From NCBI GenBank assembly GCA_963751345.1, contig CAVVUS010000011.1, forward strand, positions 224,001-288,000: a stretch of 64,000 nt of DNA, in the 5' to 3' direction. Below, piece after piece: positions 62,667 through 64,000 of this stretch. The notes beneath the pieces are model-generated. The model made no database searches. It had not been told where the DNA came from and saw nothing but the letters and a program-made list of their open reading frames with translations. Position 1 is the stretch's first letter. The number at the start of each line of letters is the position of its first letter. The translations under genes were made by a program, and so were the position numbers. Source of the DNA: an uncultured Chloroflexia bacterium (GTDB lineage Bacteria; Chloroflexota; Anaerolineae; B4-G1; SLSP01).

Positions 62667-64000
62667 ATGACACTGAACGCCAAGAAATCTGCAGGGGGAC
62701 CCCTGAGCAACCAACAAGTGCAGCGGATGGATGAGTACTGGCACGCCGCGATGTACCTGTGCGCGGCCATGCTGTACCTCAAGGACAACCCGCTGCTCAG
62801 GGAACCGCTCAAGCTCGAGCAGATCAAGACGCGTCTTCTGGGCCACTGGGGCTCTGATCCCGGTCAGACGCTGGTGTGGACGCATCTGAACCGCCTGATC
62901 CGGGAGCAGGACCTCAACATGATCTATATCTCGGGTCCCGGCCACGGGGCGCCGTCGATGCTCTCCCACGCCTGGCTCGAAGGCACATATGGCGAGACGT
63001 ATCCGGACAAAGGCCAGGGTGTGGATAGTATGCAGGCCTTCCTCAAGCAGTTCTCCTTTCCGGGAGGCATCGGCAGCCACTGCACGCCTGAGACGCCGGG
63101 GTCGCTGCATGAAGGCGGAGAACTCGGGTACAGCTTGTCTCACGCCTTTGGAGCAGCTTTCGACAACCCGGACTTGATCGTGGCCTGTGTGATCGGCGAT
63201 GGCGAGTCGGAGACCGGGCCGCTCGCTACAAGTTGGCACGGCAACAAGTTCCTGAACCCAGTAAGCGACGGCGCAGTGCTGCCTATCTTGCACCTCAACG
63301 GTTACAAGATCGCTAACCCGACGGTGCTGGCGCGCGTCAGCCACGAAGAGCTAGACGACTTGATGCGCGGCTACGGCTATGAGCCTTACGTCCTTGAGTT
63401 CCACGTAGACGACGAACCTGAAACCATCCACCAGGCGATGGCCGCGACCCTCGATGCCGCAATTGCCGGAATCCACCGGATCCAGCAGCATGCTCGTACC
63501 GAGGGCGTGCAGGAGATGCCTCGATGGCCCATGATCATCCTGCGCTCCCCCAAGGGCTGGACCTGTCCCGCAGAAGTGGATGGGCACAAGGTTGAGGACT
63601 TCTGGCGAGCTCACCAAATTCCGGTCGACCCCCACAAGAACGCAACAGACCTGGAACTACTGGATAAATGGCTCCGCAGTTACGAACCCGAACGCCTCTT
63701 CACGAAGGATGGTCATCTTATTCCTGAACTCAGGCAACTTGCCCCTACCGGCAACCGGCGCCTGAGCGCTAACCCCATCACGAACGGCGGCCTGGTGCGC
63801 AAGACGTTGGTGCTTCCGGATTTCCGGAACTATGCGGTGGACGTCCCCCGTCCCGGTGAGGTCCAGGTGGAGAACACGCGGGTGCTTGGGCGCTTCTTGC
63901 GCGATGTGATCACGGCCAATCCCACCAACTTCCGCTTTTTCTGCCCCGATGAGACCGCCTCCAACCGACTGGACGACGTCTATGACGCGAGTGAAAAGGT
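62667..64000 (+). CDS. xfp: Xylulose-5-P/fructose-6-P phosphoketolase (3' partial; absent from the ORF track)
   Basis: Manual translation: [64 protein letters not shown]. Confidence 0.93.
   Translation, partial: MTLNAKKSAGGPLSNQQVQRMDEYWHAAMYLCAAMLYLKDNPLLREPLKLEQIKTRLLGHWGSDPGQTLVWTHLNRLIREQDLNMIYISGPGHGAPSMLSHAWLEGTYGETYPDKGQGVDSMQAFLKQFSFPGGIGSHCTPETPGSLHEGGELGYSLSHAFGAAFDNPDLIVACVIGDGESETGPLATSWHGNKFLNPVSDGAVLPILHLNGYKIANPTVLARVSHEELDDLMRGYGYEPYVLEFHVDDEPETIHQAMAATLDAAIAGIHRIQQHARTEGVQEMPRWPMIILRSPKGWTCPAEVDGHKVEDFWRAHQIPVDPHKNATDLELLDKWLRSYEPERLFTKDGHLIPELRQLAPTGNRRLSANPITNGGLVRKTLVLPDFRNYAVDVPRPGEVQVENTRVLGRFLRDVITANPTNFRFFCPDETASNRLDDVYDASEK

Noticed and set aside
57412-64000. zwf and xfp as one phosphoketolase-pathway operon
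   Set aside because: They are separated by fumC and an oppositely oriented ABC-F, and gnd and pgl are not in the window.

Overview
GC-rich bacterial chromosomal window of mostly core and metabolic genes. Gene content and style suggest Chloroflexota/Anaerolineae (inference). From left to right it holds: a partial PQQ/sorbosone dehydrogenase; cvpA-mutS2; a minus-strand run (nitroreductase, methyltransferase-nucleotidyltransferase fusion, P-loop kinase, SprT-like protease, family-5 UDG, FmdB); a heterodimeric ABC exporter; a MoxR-DUF58-DUF4129 trio; a ~15 kb sugar-acid catabolic cluster built around a GH39 that closely resembles animal alpha-L-iduronidase; a hicBA pair; a pdhABC-msrAB-lpdA operon; a clan GH-A lipoprotein; tRNA-Val(TAC); an unknown protein plus a holin-like/pseudo-hydrolase fusion; an ABC-2 transporter; an orphan 2-oxoacid:ferredoxin oxidoreductase alpha subunit; prepilin peptidase, mtnA, GDPD, Flp pilin, mfd, pth, pspC, zwf, fumC; an attenuator-controlled ABC-F; and a partial phosphoketolase. 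About 13 genes carry single-base frameshifts, most likely long-read indel errors. Many REP-like palindromes are present, and several appear to sit inside coding sequences. No CRISPR array, prophage, integrase or transposase was seen. All family calls come from motif recognition by eye; no database search was run.
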